From NCBI GenBank assembly GCA_001179505.1, contig CDMY01000262.1:1-64000 (forward strand): DNA of 64,000 nucleotides, given 5' to 3'. Source of the DNA: Vitrella brassicaformis CCMP3155 (lineage: Eukaryota > Protista > Chromerida). The notes under the pieces are model-generated. The model searched no databases. It saw only the letters and a list, made by a program, of their open reading frames with translations, and was not told the DNA's origin. Shown here piece after piece: positions 10,399 through 23,400 of this stretch. A program made the position numbers and the translations under genes. Position 1 is the first letter of the stretch; every line of letters begins with the position of its first letter.

Positions 10399-13095
10399 CT
10401 ACCACCACAAGAAACTCACAAGAAGGCCCGTGTGTGTTGGTTCGCTCTGGCATGAAGGCAGGCAGGCAGGGCACGCTGCATATGAGCGGCGATGGCTTGT
10501 GCGTGTGGCTGTCCATCGTACATATTTTTGGTACCAAGAGGCTGTGTCCAGCCTGGCAGGCTGGCAGGCAGGCAGGCAGGCAGGCGTGCATGGGTGTGTG
10601 GTGTACACGTGAGTGTGGTGTACCGCCGACGAGTAGCACCCCGCCGACCATTCACCACCCACCGCCACCACAAGAAGAGGCCCCCGCGCCCCCATGTAGA
10701 CAGACGGGGGAGGATGGCTGTTTTTTGTTTTTGTTAGTTAATTAGTGTATTGTATTGCTTTTTCTTCTCCTTTGTCGTATTCTTTCCGTCCTTCCGTATG
10801 GTGGTGACGCTGCTTTCTCCTTTGCTTTTCGTCCTTCCGTATGGTCGTGACACTCCCTTTTCGTTCGTGTTCGTGGGTGTGGTGTGTCGCTGTCTACTCC
10901 CCGTCTGTCTACTTCTTATGTGCGTCGGCGGTGTTCTCGTTGACCGAAAAAATCGGTTGGTGGTGGTGGTGGTGGTGGTGCTTGTCGGGGGCGGGGGGTC
11001 GGCTGGTGGAGGGTGGATGGATGGATGGATGGTGTCGGCCCGGGGCTGGCCATGGGTGTGGGTGGCGTGACGTCTGTCAGAGTGTCGGTGTAAACACTGG
11101 CACTGTCTGGTAATTTCTGGTTGCGTGACTAACTTATTTGTGAATGAGCTTTCATGCGATTTTCCCGTCTGTCTTTGCCACCCTGACCTGGATGAGGCCC
11201 ATGCCTGCCCGGTGACTGACTGTGATGCAGCCAGCGTGTCGGGGTGTGTGTGTCTGGATGGATGGATGGATGACAAACGAATTCACTCTCATGCGGTGAC
11301 AATCGTGACCCATGCATGGTTCGTGGATGCGTGAGATGCGTGTAGAGGTGTGAGCGTAACGCCATGCCCGTGTGCATCCGTGTCGACTCACTACTGACTG
11401 ACTGACTGACTGCGTACTTATTGTATTTTTGGTCCACTCCCCATGTGCTGTTTGTATGGATGTATAGGGTTACCTGACTGCACCCACACACTGCTCCTCT
11501 CCTGCTCTGGCGGTTTTGCTTAGCGGCACGTTCCACACCACACCCGACCGCCAAGACACACATGCGCACCACGAGTACACAAAGATCGACCCGATGCATT
11601 CGTCGTGACTTACTGCTGACCGACTAACTCCACATTGTTGGTCCACCTTCATCTACAGGCTTCCTTCTGTCATCCAGCGGTTTTCTTAGCGGCCCGCGAC
11701 ACGCCCACCCACCCACTCAGGCACAGCCTTCTCCTGCTGCGCAGGAGCACTGCTCTTCGCACATGTTTGTTTGCACCAGCCAGATGTTTTCATGTGTAGA
11801 GACACACACACACATACTTCCCATACACTTACTTACTTCGGACGGACCTACATGCCATGCACTACACTCATCCCACTCGCTCACCACACACACCACCTAC
11901 CCTACCTGAATGCAGTGTGTTGGTGGTGGACATAAGTAAGTAGCTGGACTGACTGGCTTGTAGGCGTAGCGTGCGGCAGCTGAATAGCGTCATTCCATCG
12001 CTTTTGTCCTGCGCGCCCCGCAGATGACACTGTGCCATCGTCATGCCATGACGATCGCCTGCCTTTGTACTCGGCATCGCTCTCCTTTTCCCATCCCGGC
12101 CGTCGGCGGAAGCCATTTGAGTATTGGCGTGACAACTTGGCTCTCTGTGTGTCTGTGTTCTTGGCCACCTCGTGTGTGTGTGTGTGTGTGTGTGCGGTCC
12201 TTCATTCTTCATAGCTGCCGCTGACAGCGCCCTGTCCGCCCTGTCCGGACTTTCGATCGACACATCGATCACTGGGAGACCGTCAGTCACTTGTTTGCAG
12301 TGATGTGCTGTGCCGCAAGTACCTGCTGAACCCCTCTGTGTACCACCCACTACACACACCATCGACCTCATGTTATGTACGTGACCGATTGACTGACCTG
12401 TGTGTACGGATCGGCTGGACGGTCTCAGGCCGTGCAACCTTGTTTTCCTTTGCCCTCTGCCTGCACTGCACGCATTCACTCGTTTGTTAAGCCCTTCCGT
12501 GTCGGTCGTTTGGATCTGTATGTGCATTCCCAGCTACACTCAATACGGTGGGAGGGGGTGCGTTTAGTGGCCGGGCCTTTGATGACGCCCTCGTCATGTT
12601 GGTTGGAGCTGCCTTCGGCATCGCATCAGGCAGCTCCATCACAAAGCGTTTAATTTGCCCGTGCAGGCAGTGCATATCACATGAGTAGGTGAATGCATGT
12701 AAGCGGCTATGCTCAGCCATTTGAGATGCATTTGTTGCCAGTAGACGCCGCTGCGTCACCAACAGTTTTCATTTTAACCTGTGGCTAGTGTCACTCACCG
12801 GTGTCTCGCTTGCGGTGCGACGGCAAAGTAGATCGCAGATGACTGACTGGTATGTATGGTGTATGGGCGTGCCAACCGGCAGAGAGGATGCGTACGCAGC
12901 TGTGCATTCATTCAGATCACGAAAAGTCGGCACCCTCCAGCAGCTACTCGACTCTATTCACCGTCTCGCTCAGTGCACTGCAGCGTTGTCTGTCTGTCTG
13001 TCTGTCTGTCTGTTCGAACTTTCGAGAACTGAAAAACGGCACCTATACACGAACACACTATACACACACCCACACCCACACCCACGCCGCTGTCC

Positions 13096-14364
13096 TCACA
13101 GCACCACCTCCAGCAGCCCACACGCGCCGCATTTGATGAACAGCGCGTCATAATCCTCATTCAGCTCAAATCGAGCCGTGGCCATGCAGTACTGACTGCA
13201 CAGAGAGAGGGAGAAACGGTGCAGCCACAGAAGACCATGTGTGGGAATCTATCTGATCTCACCTGTGGTCCTTGACGGCCGCGTCGAGACGCTCCCGGAC
13301 TGCATCGCGATCCAGGCCCTCATCCTGACAACACACACAGACAAAGAGCAATCGGTGTGTCCACTGAGTGTGTGTGAGGGGCCCTGCACCCACCTGCACA
13401 CAGAGCCTGAAGGAGCAGCCGCCTCCCTTGCACATGACAGTGCCGTAGCGCACATCCACAGTCTGCCGACCGCACAGCGGACACACGACTGCACACATCC
13501 AGGCATCCACACTCACTACCACAGCACTCATCTGGTGCATGTGGGAGCTTACTGTTGTCTTGTTCTTGCAGCCGCCATTCCTCCTCGAGTGCGGCCGACT
13601 CCTCGTCCAGATCAGCCTCCTCGCGAGCCAAATACTCCTCCCCCTCTGAACAACCAACCAACACACCAACCACCAATACTGTGACGGGCGCTCTCGTGTT
13701 AGGCAGCTTTCGTGCCCCACCCACCCACCCTGTATTTGCATTTCCTCCTTGATCGATTGCTCGATGAACAGCAGCAGGTCGATGTACTCATCATCCGCCA
13801 GCCTAATGGCCACATCGGCATCGTCCTCCCGCATGCTGATGTCCAGCGGCTCGCGGACGGCTCGTCTGGCCTCTCGCACAGACACAGACGGCAGGGAGGG
13901 CGAGGGCGGCAGGGCGGATGACGGCCGCTCCTGTTGGTAGGGCGCCTGGGATGTGGTTGACGCCTCTGCGATGCTGTCGCTGTAGGCATCGAGGCCAGCT
14001 TCAGCGATCTGGTGAGCCACGTCACGGACCTGTGGACACACACAGAGCACCCAGATGCATGATGCGCCCTCTTCCCTCGTCCCTCCTCCCTCCCCGCTGA
14101 CCCAGTTGCCCGTCACCGCATCCGATTGTGTGAGCTCAACTCTGCCAACAAAACAACACAAACTGGTGGCTCTGGACGTATTGTGTGCTGAATGCGTTGA
14201 ATGCGTTGTGCTGCTGACCTTCTGTAGTCGTCGAGCAGCCGCTGCCTGTCTTGCTTGAGCCGCTCCAGGCAGATCCGCCGCAGCTCTTGCTTGGCGCGGG
14301 GCGTCCAGTCCCTCTTGACGCCCTGCCGCACCCCAACACGGGGACCATCGCCAGCAATCGACAT
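13096..14364 (-). CDS. RPAIN: RPA-interacting protein (RIP/RPAIN), multi-exon, copy 1
   Basis: N-term KRDWTPRAKQELRRICLERLKQDRQRLL, middle DEYIDLLLFIEQSIKEE, C-terminal Zn-binding VVCPLC...VMCKGGGC...DH..CSQYC...LFIKCGACGLLEVVL*; this matches the RPA_interact N/M/C layout. ATG at 14364, TGA at 13096-13098. Confidence 0.8.
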
Positions 14365-14558
14365 GAGTGCGCGGAACAGTCCGCAGAGGGGCAGATCGAG
14401 GCAGATTGGATTCACTGAGGGACAACTGGCATCATGGTGATGCTATGCTCCTTCGTGGGCCTCTCTTTTTGCAGCCAAAGCAGTGCGAGCTGCAGAGATG
14501 CTCTGCAGCTCAGCTCGCAAGTGGGCAAAGCGGATGATTTTGCGCTTCTGATGGGGCC
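14365..14558. promoter_or_regulatory. Probable bidirectional promoter between RPAIN and DusA (194 bp)
   Basis: Divergent start codons at 14364 (-) and 14559 (+); inferred from geometry only. Confidence 0.45.
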
Positions 14559-15910
14559 ATGCTACTGGCACTCCTACTGATCTATCAACTACAGCTCTGC
14601 ACAAGCTTTATTCGACCGCGCGAGATCCGCCATGTCGGCAGCGGACGCCGAATGCTCGGCAGATTGGCACCCAGGGCGGCCGCAGCAACGGCCGCAGTGG
14701 ATATGCACCGCTTCTCAGTGGCTCCCATGATGGACTACACCGACAAACACTTCCGCTTCCTCATGAGGCTGCTCACACGCAATGCGACGCTGTACACAGA
14801 GATGATGGCCGCCAACGCCCTCCACTACACCAACCGCCAAGCAGCAGCTGACGCCACAGCCGATTCCATGATTCCGCGATCTCTGGCGACCAACGCCGAG
14901 AGCATCGAGTCGCCTTGTGTGCTGCAGCTGGGCGGATCTGACCCTGATGTCCTCGCAGAAGCGTCGCGGACCGCATCGGCATATCATCCTTTCACAGAGC
15001 TCAATCTCAACTGTGGCTGCCCGTCGGAACGAGTCGCTGGCAAAGGGGCTTTCGGTGCGGCACTGATGCGAGAGCCAGCTCTCGTTGCCGAGCTGTGCAA
15101 AGCGATGCGGCAGGGCGGGGGGCGGCCGACCACCGTCAAGTGTCGCATCGGAGTGGATGACCAGGACTCGTTTGAGGAGCTGCAGCGGTTCATCTCTACC
15201 GTGGCTGAGAGGGCAGGTGTGTCCCACTTCATTATCCACAGCCGCAAGGCCATCCTCACCGGCCTCTCGCCAGAGCAGAACCGCAAGATCCCGCCACTGA
15301 TATACGAGTACGTCTATCGGCTGGTGGAGGGCTTCCCGGGTCTCCGGTTCACGCTGAATGGCGGCGTGCTGACTTATGAGGACATCGACATGCACTTTGA
15401 GAGGTGTCCGACACTGACTGGGGTGATGGTGGGGCGGGCGGTGCTGGACAGGCCCTTCTACTGGAGCGAGGTCGACTCGCGCCTCTATGGCAGAGACAAC
15501 CTGGGACTCAATCGACGAGAGGTACACTACACAACACACTATGACCTTGTGGCTTCCCGAAATCTGTCGTGTGTTTGTATGTGTGGTGTGTGTAGGTGTT
15601 GGCTGCGTACGGCAGCTACTGCGATGCAGAGATGGAGCGCACCGACCCGTCACGGCAGAGGTCTCTCCGCAATCTGCTGCTGAAGCACGCTCTCAACCTG
15701 TTTGCTGGCGAGCCCATGAGCAGGAAATATAAGCAGCGACTGGAGGCGTTGCGGCAGCGGGGTGACGTGTCTGTGTCGGCCATCTTGAGGGAGGCGGAGG
15801 AGCAGCTGCACGAGGGGGTGCTCGAGAGGCGGCCTGGGAGTGGGGGGCAGGTTGCCGCTGACTGCAGTGACAGTGTGTTGATAGGGAGAGAGACGGGCCG
15901 ATGTTTGTGA
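14559..15910 (+). CDS. dusA: tRNA-dihydrouridine synthase, bacterial DusA type, with N-terminal signal-peptide-like leader
   Basis: Exons 14559-15521 and 15596-15910 (phase 0). Motifs FSVAPMMDYTD, LYTEM, LQLGGSDP, LNLNCGCPS, VKCRIG, IIHSRKA, PEQNRKIPPL, LNGG, GVMVGRA; leader MLLALLLIYQLQLCTS followed by an Arg/Ala-rich stretch. Confidence 0.92.
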
Positions 15911-16483
15911 GCGGTGTTTCTGCGACATGGTCGTTGATTGCATCGCTGCGCCTTCTCAGTCCCAGACACGCTCTCGTCTTTGGTCTTGTCGATGAGGACA
16001 AGGCAAGAGTGGAGAGCCTGGACGTGGCTCAGGAGGCACAGCGTGTACATCACGTCCACGTGAAAGACGGCGGGTCGATGAATGCTCAAAAGCACCATGA
16101 GCCTTACGGCTGGCTCATCCGCACGTGAGCAATTCAGCTGATTGAGAGCACCTGGAGACGTACGTCCATCAGCATGCACTCACGCACACTGCAACATTCA
16201 CCAACCACAACGAGGCAATCAATCACTGCATCCGCACAGCAACACACAAACCATCATCGCATCCGTCCAGAAAGACAGACGCAACGAAGCACCCTACCCA
16301 CTCGGCAACGCCCAGAAGGCCCCGGCCGCTTGACTGATGGTCTTACAACATCATGTCGGTCGACACCTGCTGCTTGCTGGCCGGCAGGGCGGTGAGGTCC
16401 GAGATTTATCTAGGTAACTAAGAAATCGTCGTCGTCGTCAGGCCGCAAGGATAGCTGAAGTTTGCAAACACCGTAACAATCGC

Positions 16484-17210
16484 GGGACGGACGCACGGAC
16501 GGACGGGACGGGACGGGACGGACGAGAAAGCCACACAGAGGGATCACTCACTCATCCACTTCAACACCAGCACCAACCAGGAGACTCGATAGCCTCTTAA
16601 AAACGCCACGCCAATCGTCGACAGACAGCATCACGGGCAGACCCCAGCTGAAGGAAGGATCCATCCCACTCACTGCCAAGGACCCACTGCCAAAGAGGGA
16701 AACTTCCGCATGCTGACGCGAACAAGCTGATACATAACGGCCGATATCGATCGCTCGCCGGAAACCGCCGCCCACAGCCCCCTTCCCCTCCCCCCTGCTC
16801 CCCTCCCCCCTGGTTGATATGCACATGTATCTAGGTAGGGCCCTCAGCACAGCAGGGCACGGCAGTAGTCAGGCAACAAACTCTAGGGGCGCAGGACGCC
16901 TCAAGAGTGTCTGTTAGGCACAAAGCAGAAGAGGGGCGGGATAGGGGTAGGCCACAACGGGATGGCCCCCATAGACACAAATATCAGCCAGCCAGCCAGC
17001 CAGCCAGGCCAAGGCAGGCAAGTCCCCCTTTCAGCCAGCCAGCCAGCCATCCGCACCAGCCGCTCGCCCTCCCCTCTGTCTCTCCCGTCCCCCCTCCACA
17101 CACCACACGAGTAAAAAGAGTACTGGCACAATGAATGTGGCATGAATGCACCCGCCCAACAGACCGACTCATCAATCCCCCAGCCCGCCAGCCAGCCAGC
17201 CAGCCAGCCC
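16484..17210. repeat. Intergenic microsatellite cluster ((GGAC/GGACG)n, (CAGC)n)
   Basis: ggacggacgcacggacggacgggacgggacg at 16484-16524; cagccagccagcc runs near 16987, 17031 and 17181. Confidence 0.85.
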
Positions 17211-17340
17211 CGTCTATCCACCGCTCCGCTCCGCTCGATCAGACTTAAACGTCCTCTCTCCATCTTCATTCAGACACCCGACACACCAGCCGTCCGTCAT
17301 CACCACGCAATAAGTAGTACTGCTGCAGTGGGCGTCATTG

Positions 17341-20186
17341 TCATCGGTTGCTCTTGGAGAGCTGCTGTGGGCCGGACGGCAGCGGAGGGAACAGGGGCAG
17401 GTCCATGTCGCTGCCTGCCTGGCCGAATGGCGCCGCATCATAGCCTCCACTCGTCCCGTTTTGGACGCGATAAGCAGTGAAGCCCCCCAGCTGCTGCCCT
17501 GCCCCGCCAAAGGGACCGTCATATGCCCCTCCCCCTCCGCCGCTGGACTGGCGATGCGCGTCAAAGCCAATAGCGCCGTGGCGCCCGGGGCTATACTGAC
17601 TCTCGGCGAATGACGATGGGCCACCATAACCACCACCTGCAGCAGGAGCAGGAGCAGGAGCAGCAGCAGCACTAGCAGCTGGGCCAGGAGCAGCCGATGG
17701 GCCAGACGGGGCTGTTGGTGCGCTGGTGCCGGGACGTGGTGGTGGTGGGTAGGAGGGGCGGGGAGGGGGGAACGCGGGCCGTGGAGGGATGAAGAGGTCA
17801 CCCTCATGCCGACCCGAGCTCCCATTCGCTACGGTCTTGATGTGCTGGGCAGGCGGCTGCTGGTATGGCCCCGGCGCGTGCAGCGGTGCACCTGGAGCGG
17901 CCCCGTACGACGGCTCGGCAGCCTGACCGAATCCGGTGCCAAACTTGGGCGGCGAGTAGGTCGGTGGGACAGCAGCAGCAGACGGACCACTGAGTACAAA
18001 CCCTCCATGAGCAGCGCCGCTGACGTCCTCAGCGCCATACTCGCCCTCAGGGATGCCAACGACGTTGAAGCCCCAGTCGTCCTCCTCCTCCTCATCGGCC
18101 TCGTCACGTGCTGCATGGGCATGGGCCTGCGGCTGTTGCTGCTGAGCGTCGTGAGGATTGTAGCCGTTGGGCGGGCCGGGGCGGGGTGCCGGGGTCGGCC
18201 CATTGCGCTGCATTGGCGACCCGACAGCACGCCACTCGTCTCTGCGGCCTGACGCAGCCGTGGGTACTTGGACGTCGCTCTCGTCGATGAAGCCGTGGGA
18301 TGGTGGCACAGCCCCCAGGTTGGCCGCTTGGATGCGCTCGGCCAAGGTGATCTCCTGACCCCAGGCGTTGCCGCCAGATGGTCTCAGCCCGCTGCCCGAT
18401 GACCACCGTGTTGGCGCCATGGCGGGTCTAGTGGCCGGCGACGGCACACTCGGTGGTCGTGCGGGTGCCGATGGACGCGATGGGGCTGTGGTCTTGGGTA
18501 AAGCGGGGTGGGCAGCGAACGTTCTGGGGGCCGGGGTGGTGGTCTTGGGAGTGGTGCCGCTGGAGGCTGAGGCCGAGGCCGAAGCTGAGGCCGAAGCAGA
18601 TGCGTGTGAGACGTCGCCGTTGAGTCTTGCCGCCCGATTCTGCATGCCCTGCTTGTAGGCCGCTTGTGCCTGCTGGGCGAGCTCGCCCTGCTGCTCGAAC
18701 ACGTAGAGGTGCGCCAGAGGACCTGACCGAGGACACAACACGATGGTGCGGTGCGAGGGATACATCGCGATGGCTCATTCATCATCGTGTGGGTGTTCTG
18801 TGAGATGTCTTACAGTTGTCCTTGGGTCCTGAGTATTTGCACTTGGAGGGGCCGCACGTGCGGCGGTCCTTCTCCATGCACAGCCACACACCCTTGGAGC
18901 GCACGAACTCTAGCACTGCAGCAAGACACACACACACACGACAGAGATACCATGCACTTCGTCTGTGATGTGCACGTGTGGTGGTTACGTTCAGCGGGTC
19001 TGTTGATGCGATTGAACTCGAGCCGCAGCCACAGCGGCACACAGCGGGACTGATTGCTGCACACACACAGAGGGGAGGGAGGGATACATTTCATTCTGTA
19101 TCTGGTGTCGAGCTGCCCGTCCCTCCCTCCCTCACCGGTCGTCCTTTCTGGGGTATGCCGGGTTCCGCGCCAGACTCGACAGCAGAAACGTCGCACCACG
19201 ACCTGAAAACGCATGCGATAGATACATTGTGTGTCCACCGGCTGTACTCCTGGTGTCTTGTCTCGTCTGTCTGTCTGTGTGTACCGTACCTGTGATTTGG
19301 TTGTGTGAGAGGTGCAGCTCCCATATCGGCACGGGGGTCTTCTCCACCAGCTGAGCCAGCTCACGCACACCTGATTGATGGGAGGGATGGGCAGGGCAAC
19401 AACAGAGAGATGGATGGATGGATGGACACAATGAGTGGTGCTCTGGGCGTCAGGTCAGGGCTCACCTTCGTCAGTGATTCGATTTTTGTAGAACTTGAGT
19501 ATCTTGACGTGCAGCTTGTGCTTCAAGGAGAACTCCTGCACACAACGATCCAACACACCATCGCCGTGGCGTTGCATTGTGTATGAGGGCTGTTGGCAGC
19601 TGACCACGAAGAGCTTGACTGATTTGTCCGTCAGATTGTTGTTGGACAGCGTGATGTCTCCAATGTAAGACGCGATGCCTAATTGACATTGACAAACGGC
19701 CGCACACAAGCCTGATGCGCTGCCGTCCTTCATCTCCGTGTGTGTGGCAGTCAGTGTACTTGTGGCTGCGGTGGCGAGAGTGTCGTCAAGCCAGCGGAAA
19801 AACTTCTCAATCATCTGGTCATCTGAGTCAAAGAAGCAACACCAACAGACGCAGGGAAGAGAAGAGCACTATGGCCATATATCGCTCCCTCCCAGTGCGT
19901 GTCGGCCCCCGTCCGTGCGCTAACCCATCTTGGGCGATGTGAATCCCTCACTGCGGTTCTCCATGGGGTCCAGCTGACCACAACGCGCACACACACACAA
20001 GCAGAGGCACATTCACTCACTCAGCCACACGCCACACACACCCACGGCCGTACAGGTGCCTGTGCTGGTGTGTGCGGTGCTGCTCACCATGATTTTGAGT
20101 ATCTTGTCTTTGGTGGAGAGGAAGATGAAGTCGTTCCAGTCCTCAATCGTCAGGTTCTCCATCGCGCCGGAGGCTGTCTGAGCCAT
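17341..20186 (-). CDS. RNI-like leucine-rich-repeat protein with long Pro/Ala/Gly low-complexity C-terminus
   Basis: Multi-exon; first exon MAQTASGAMENLTIEDWNDFIFLSTKDKILKIM|GT; LRRs ITLSNNNLTDKSV, LKFYKNRITDEG, LHLSHNQIT, LWLRLEFNRI; long final exon to 17341. Confidence 0.7.
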
Positions 20187-20469
20187 TCAGCCGATAGAGC
20201 ACACACCTTCACACACTGGCAGCTGCCCCACTCCGCTCTCCAAAAATGCACGCGCACCGCTTCTCTTTCCCTCTCCTCTCCTCAGCAATCTAAGCTCGCA
20301 GACGGTTGGTGCGATCGGGAGAAGAAGAGAGCCAATCCGCAGGAACGAATTGAGCAAGACGCTGGTGAAGCTTCAGACAGTTCTGTTCAATTGAGGAGAA
20401 TTCTCCTGCAACGACGGCAATGAACGAGTGGTCTGCAGATGTGCATAAGCTGAGGAAGCGGCAGCCTGC

Positions 20470-23400
20470 ATGAGGATGGCGGCCGAGGACATTCTCACGC
20501 TCGTCTTGCTCGCCACCTATGCAGCGGTACCCTGGCTCGCCAGCGCTGCCGATGAGTCGCTGGTCATGCGCAGGCTGTCGAGCTCTGACGTCACCAACTG
20601 GTGGCTGCTGGAGTCGCCAGCTGAAGACAAGACCGATATGGCAGCTCGGCTCAAAGATCCCATGCTCAAGCAGCTCAATCTGTCACCGTCTCAGGACAGC
20701 CCGCGGCCGAAGCGGCCTGTCATTCTGATCCCCGGTCTGTGTGGGTCGGTGTTGTCGGTGAGGAACCGCAAGACGGACCAAGTCACCCAAGTCTGGTAAG
20801 GCAGGCCATGTGGGAGGATGGGATGCCTTTGATCTGTCGGCTATGCAATTGTTTTGTCCTCTTGCAGGGCGCGGATGACATCGGCTGATCAGGTGGGTTG
20901 TCGGGAATGCATGAAGCACTTACTTAGTCATGGGATCGGTGTGTCTAACTCTGCAGCTGTTGTTGGCGCATGCTGTGGGTCGGTTTAATAGTCAGACGAA
21001 CCGTTCTGAGCCCCTCAATCCATCAGAGGAGGTGTTCTCCCCAGTAGACGACTTCGGTAACTGAGCTGCAGTGCACTGCACTGTGCACAAGAAACACCCA
21101 CCCACCCACCGCTCATGTCGTTCTTCCTTGGTCCTGATGCTCTCAGGTTTGTATTCGATTCAACGGCTGTTTCCCGAGATACGGCTGGGGCAGTCGGCCG
21201 AGTACCTCAGCACACTCATAGGTGCGGTGGTCACTGGCAAAGCAGACAAGGATCTATCACATGACGATCGCCCCCATGGGTGCTTCTCTTTCAGAGTCCC
21301 TCGAGGCCTCCGGATACGTGCGCGGCGAGACGCTTTTCGGGTTCCCGTTTGACTGGTACACAGTTCGTTACACAGCCACCGATTACTGATCTCCCGCCAT
21401 TTATCTGCAGGCGTCAGTCGGTTCGCAACCCGAGGATCCTCAAGAGGCTACGCACGCTCATCAAGACGGTGGGCCGTGGGGGCAGGGTGGACATCGTGAC
21501 GCACTCGATGGGCGGCCTGCTGCTCAAGGCATTCACCATCACACACAAGAAGGAAGCCAACGAACACATCGAAAACTGGGTGAGTGAGAAGGATTGAGGG
21601 AGGGAGGGAGGGAGGGAGGGAGGGAAGGCAGCCGGAAATGGCGCCCTCTCTCCTAACTGCAGATTGCAGTGAATACGCCGTGGCTGGGGGGCTCGACACA
21701 GACCATTTATGCGGCGCTGAGAGGCTACACATTCGGTACACTTACACCGCACCACACAATTGCGACGTCTGATATCTGTGGCACTTCTGCAGGCAATCCC
21801 TTCATCACGCCATCGACGATCCGCGCGATGCTGTGGGGGTCGCCCAGCATATTCGAGCTGCTGCCCGACTTCGACCACCCGTGGGAGCACAAGCCGTCCC
21901 TCACCGTCAAAAACGCCACCACACAGATCAGACTGGACACCTTCGATGCGTAAGGACACACTGATCACTGCCTGCACGAGTCCATTCCACACGTGGTGTC
22001 TTGTCTGCTGTTGATGCTTGCATTGCAGCCTGTATGACTTCTTCTGGGCGCACATGCGCGACTGCACGGTCATCACGCCATCCACCGGTGTGCCGGAGCG
22101 TGTCGGCTTCGACCGTCAGCTTTGGGACTACGTCATGGAGACCAAACGGTTTCTGCGGCAGCACAGCTACACTCCTCCGGCAGTGGCGGGCGACACGGCA
22201 CCAGGGGCGCAAGTCAGTGTCGACATAGAGGAGGAGACAGACGCAGAGAACTTCGCTGCTCAGATCAGGTGGGCAGGCGAGCACATGCGGAATGAGAGCC
22301 ATGTGTGTGTGTGTGTATGGTTCGTTTGGTGGTTGCAGTGGTCACATGAGAGGCAGCAGTGAGACAGCCGGCCGTACCGAAGCGAAGCCTCCCGAGGCGT
22401 CTACATCCCCCACTCGAGTGCACAACGAGTCGTCAAGACCCCCGCTGTCGTCCAACACATCCCACCTGTACACCTTCAACGACCACAGCATGTCGGCCGT
22501 CCGTCGGGAGGGTTTTGCCTTCTTCCATCTGTATTCCAACTCGAGGGATACGCCCCACAGCCACACGCTGGACGTCGGCAGCAACCCACTCAAGACCGTC
22601 GCCGACCTCAACATCTCGCCACAGGTGTGCAGATGGGGCTGGGGCGCAGCGAGACACGGGGGAATGTCTGCATCCATGTGTGTGTGCAGGAGGAGGTCAT
22701 CACTGCCCGCGGCGACGAGACTGTGCCACTCGAGTAAGACAAACATCACACACCACACACCACACACGACACCGCACATGGACCATCTGTGTGTATCTCT
22801 GCCATCTTCAGGTCTCTGCGAGCGCACGGCATCGGTCCAGAGCATGTGGTTCGGGAGGTGGAGCTGGACGAGGGCGGCCACCAGGACGTCCTCCACCGCC
22901 CACTGCTCACCGCAATCGTCAAGGAGGCCCTCGGCATCACATGCGACTGGAAGGGCCTCTGGTACAGCGACACTGAGGGTCTCTTTGCCCTCGACCACCT
23001 TAAGAACTCTCGCGTTGAGGTCCACACGGTACACTCCCGCCTACTGCTGCGCGGCGACATCTCGCCGGACGGCCAGAGGGTGGTCGGCACCGTCACCTGG
23101 CGAGGCGCCACAAAGCGGCGGCTGACGGGAGCGAGTGATGATGCATCGTCAGAGGCCATCGTAGCTGCAGCGGCCAGTGTGGGGCAGGAGGTGTCGCGGC
23201 CCGAGATGGTCGGTGAGGGTACCTTCTCGTGGCAGATGGAGGGTGGGTGTCAGGCCTTCACGGGCAGCTGGACACCTCATGTAGGAGACCGACAGGTGAA
23301 GAAAGAGACATCAAATGCGCCCTCTGTCTCGCTGTCTGCCATGGTAGTGTGCGTTGGTTTGTCGCCATTCAGGAGTTCACTGCCCTTCGTGTGACGGGCA

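Noticed and set aside
12090-12140. RRRKPFEYWRDN resembling the CENP-C motif
   Set aside because: Isolated short match in a 60-codon ORF with no supporting exon structure or cupin domain.
10700-12900. Numerous 60-220 aa ORFs
   Set aside because: Dominated by microsatellite-derived translations (CVCV, HTHT, DGWM); no recognisable domain or consistent splice pattern.
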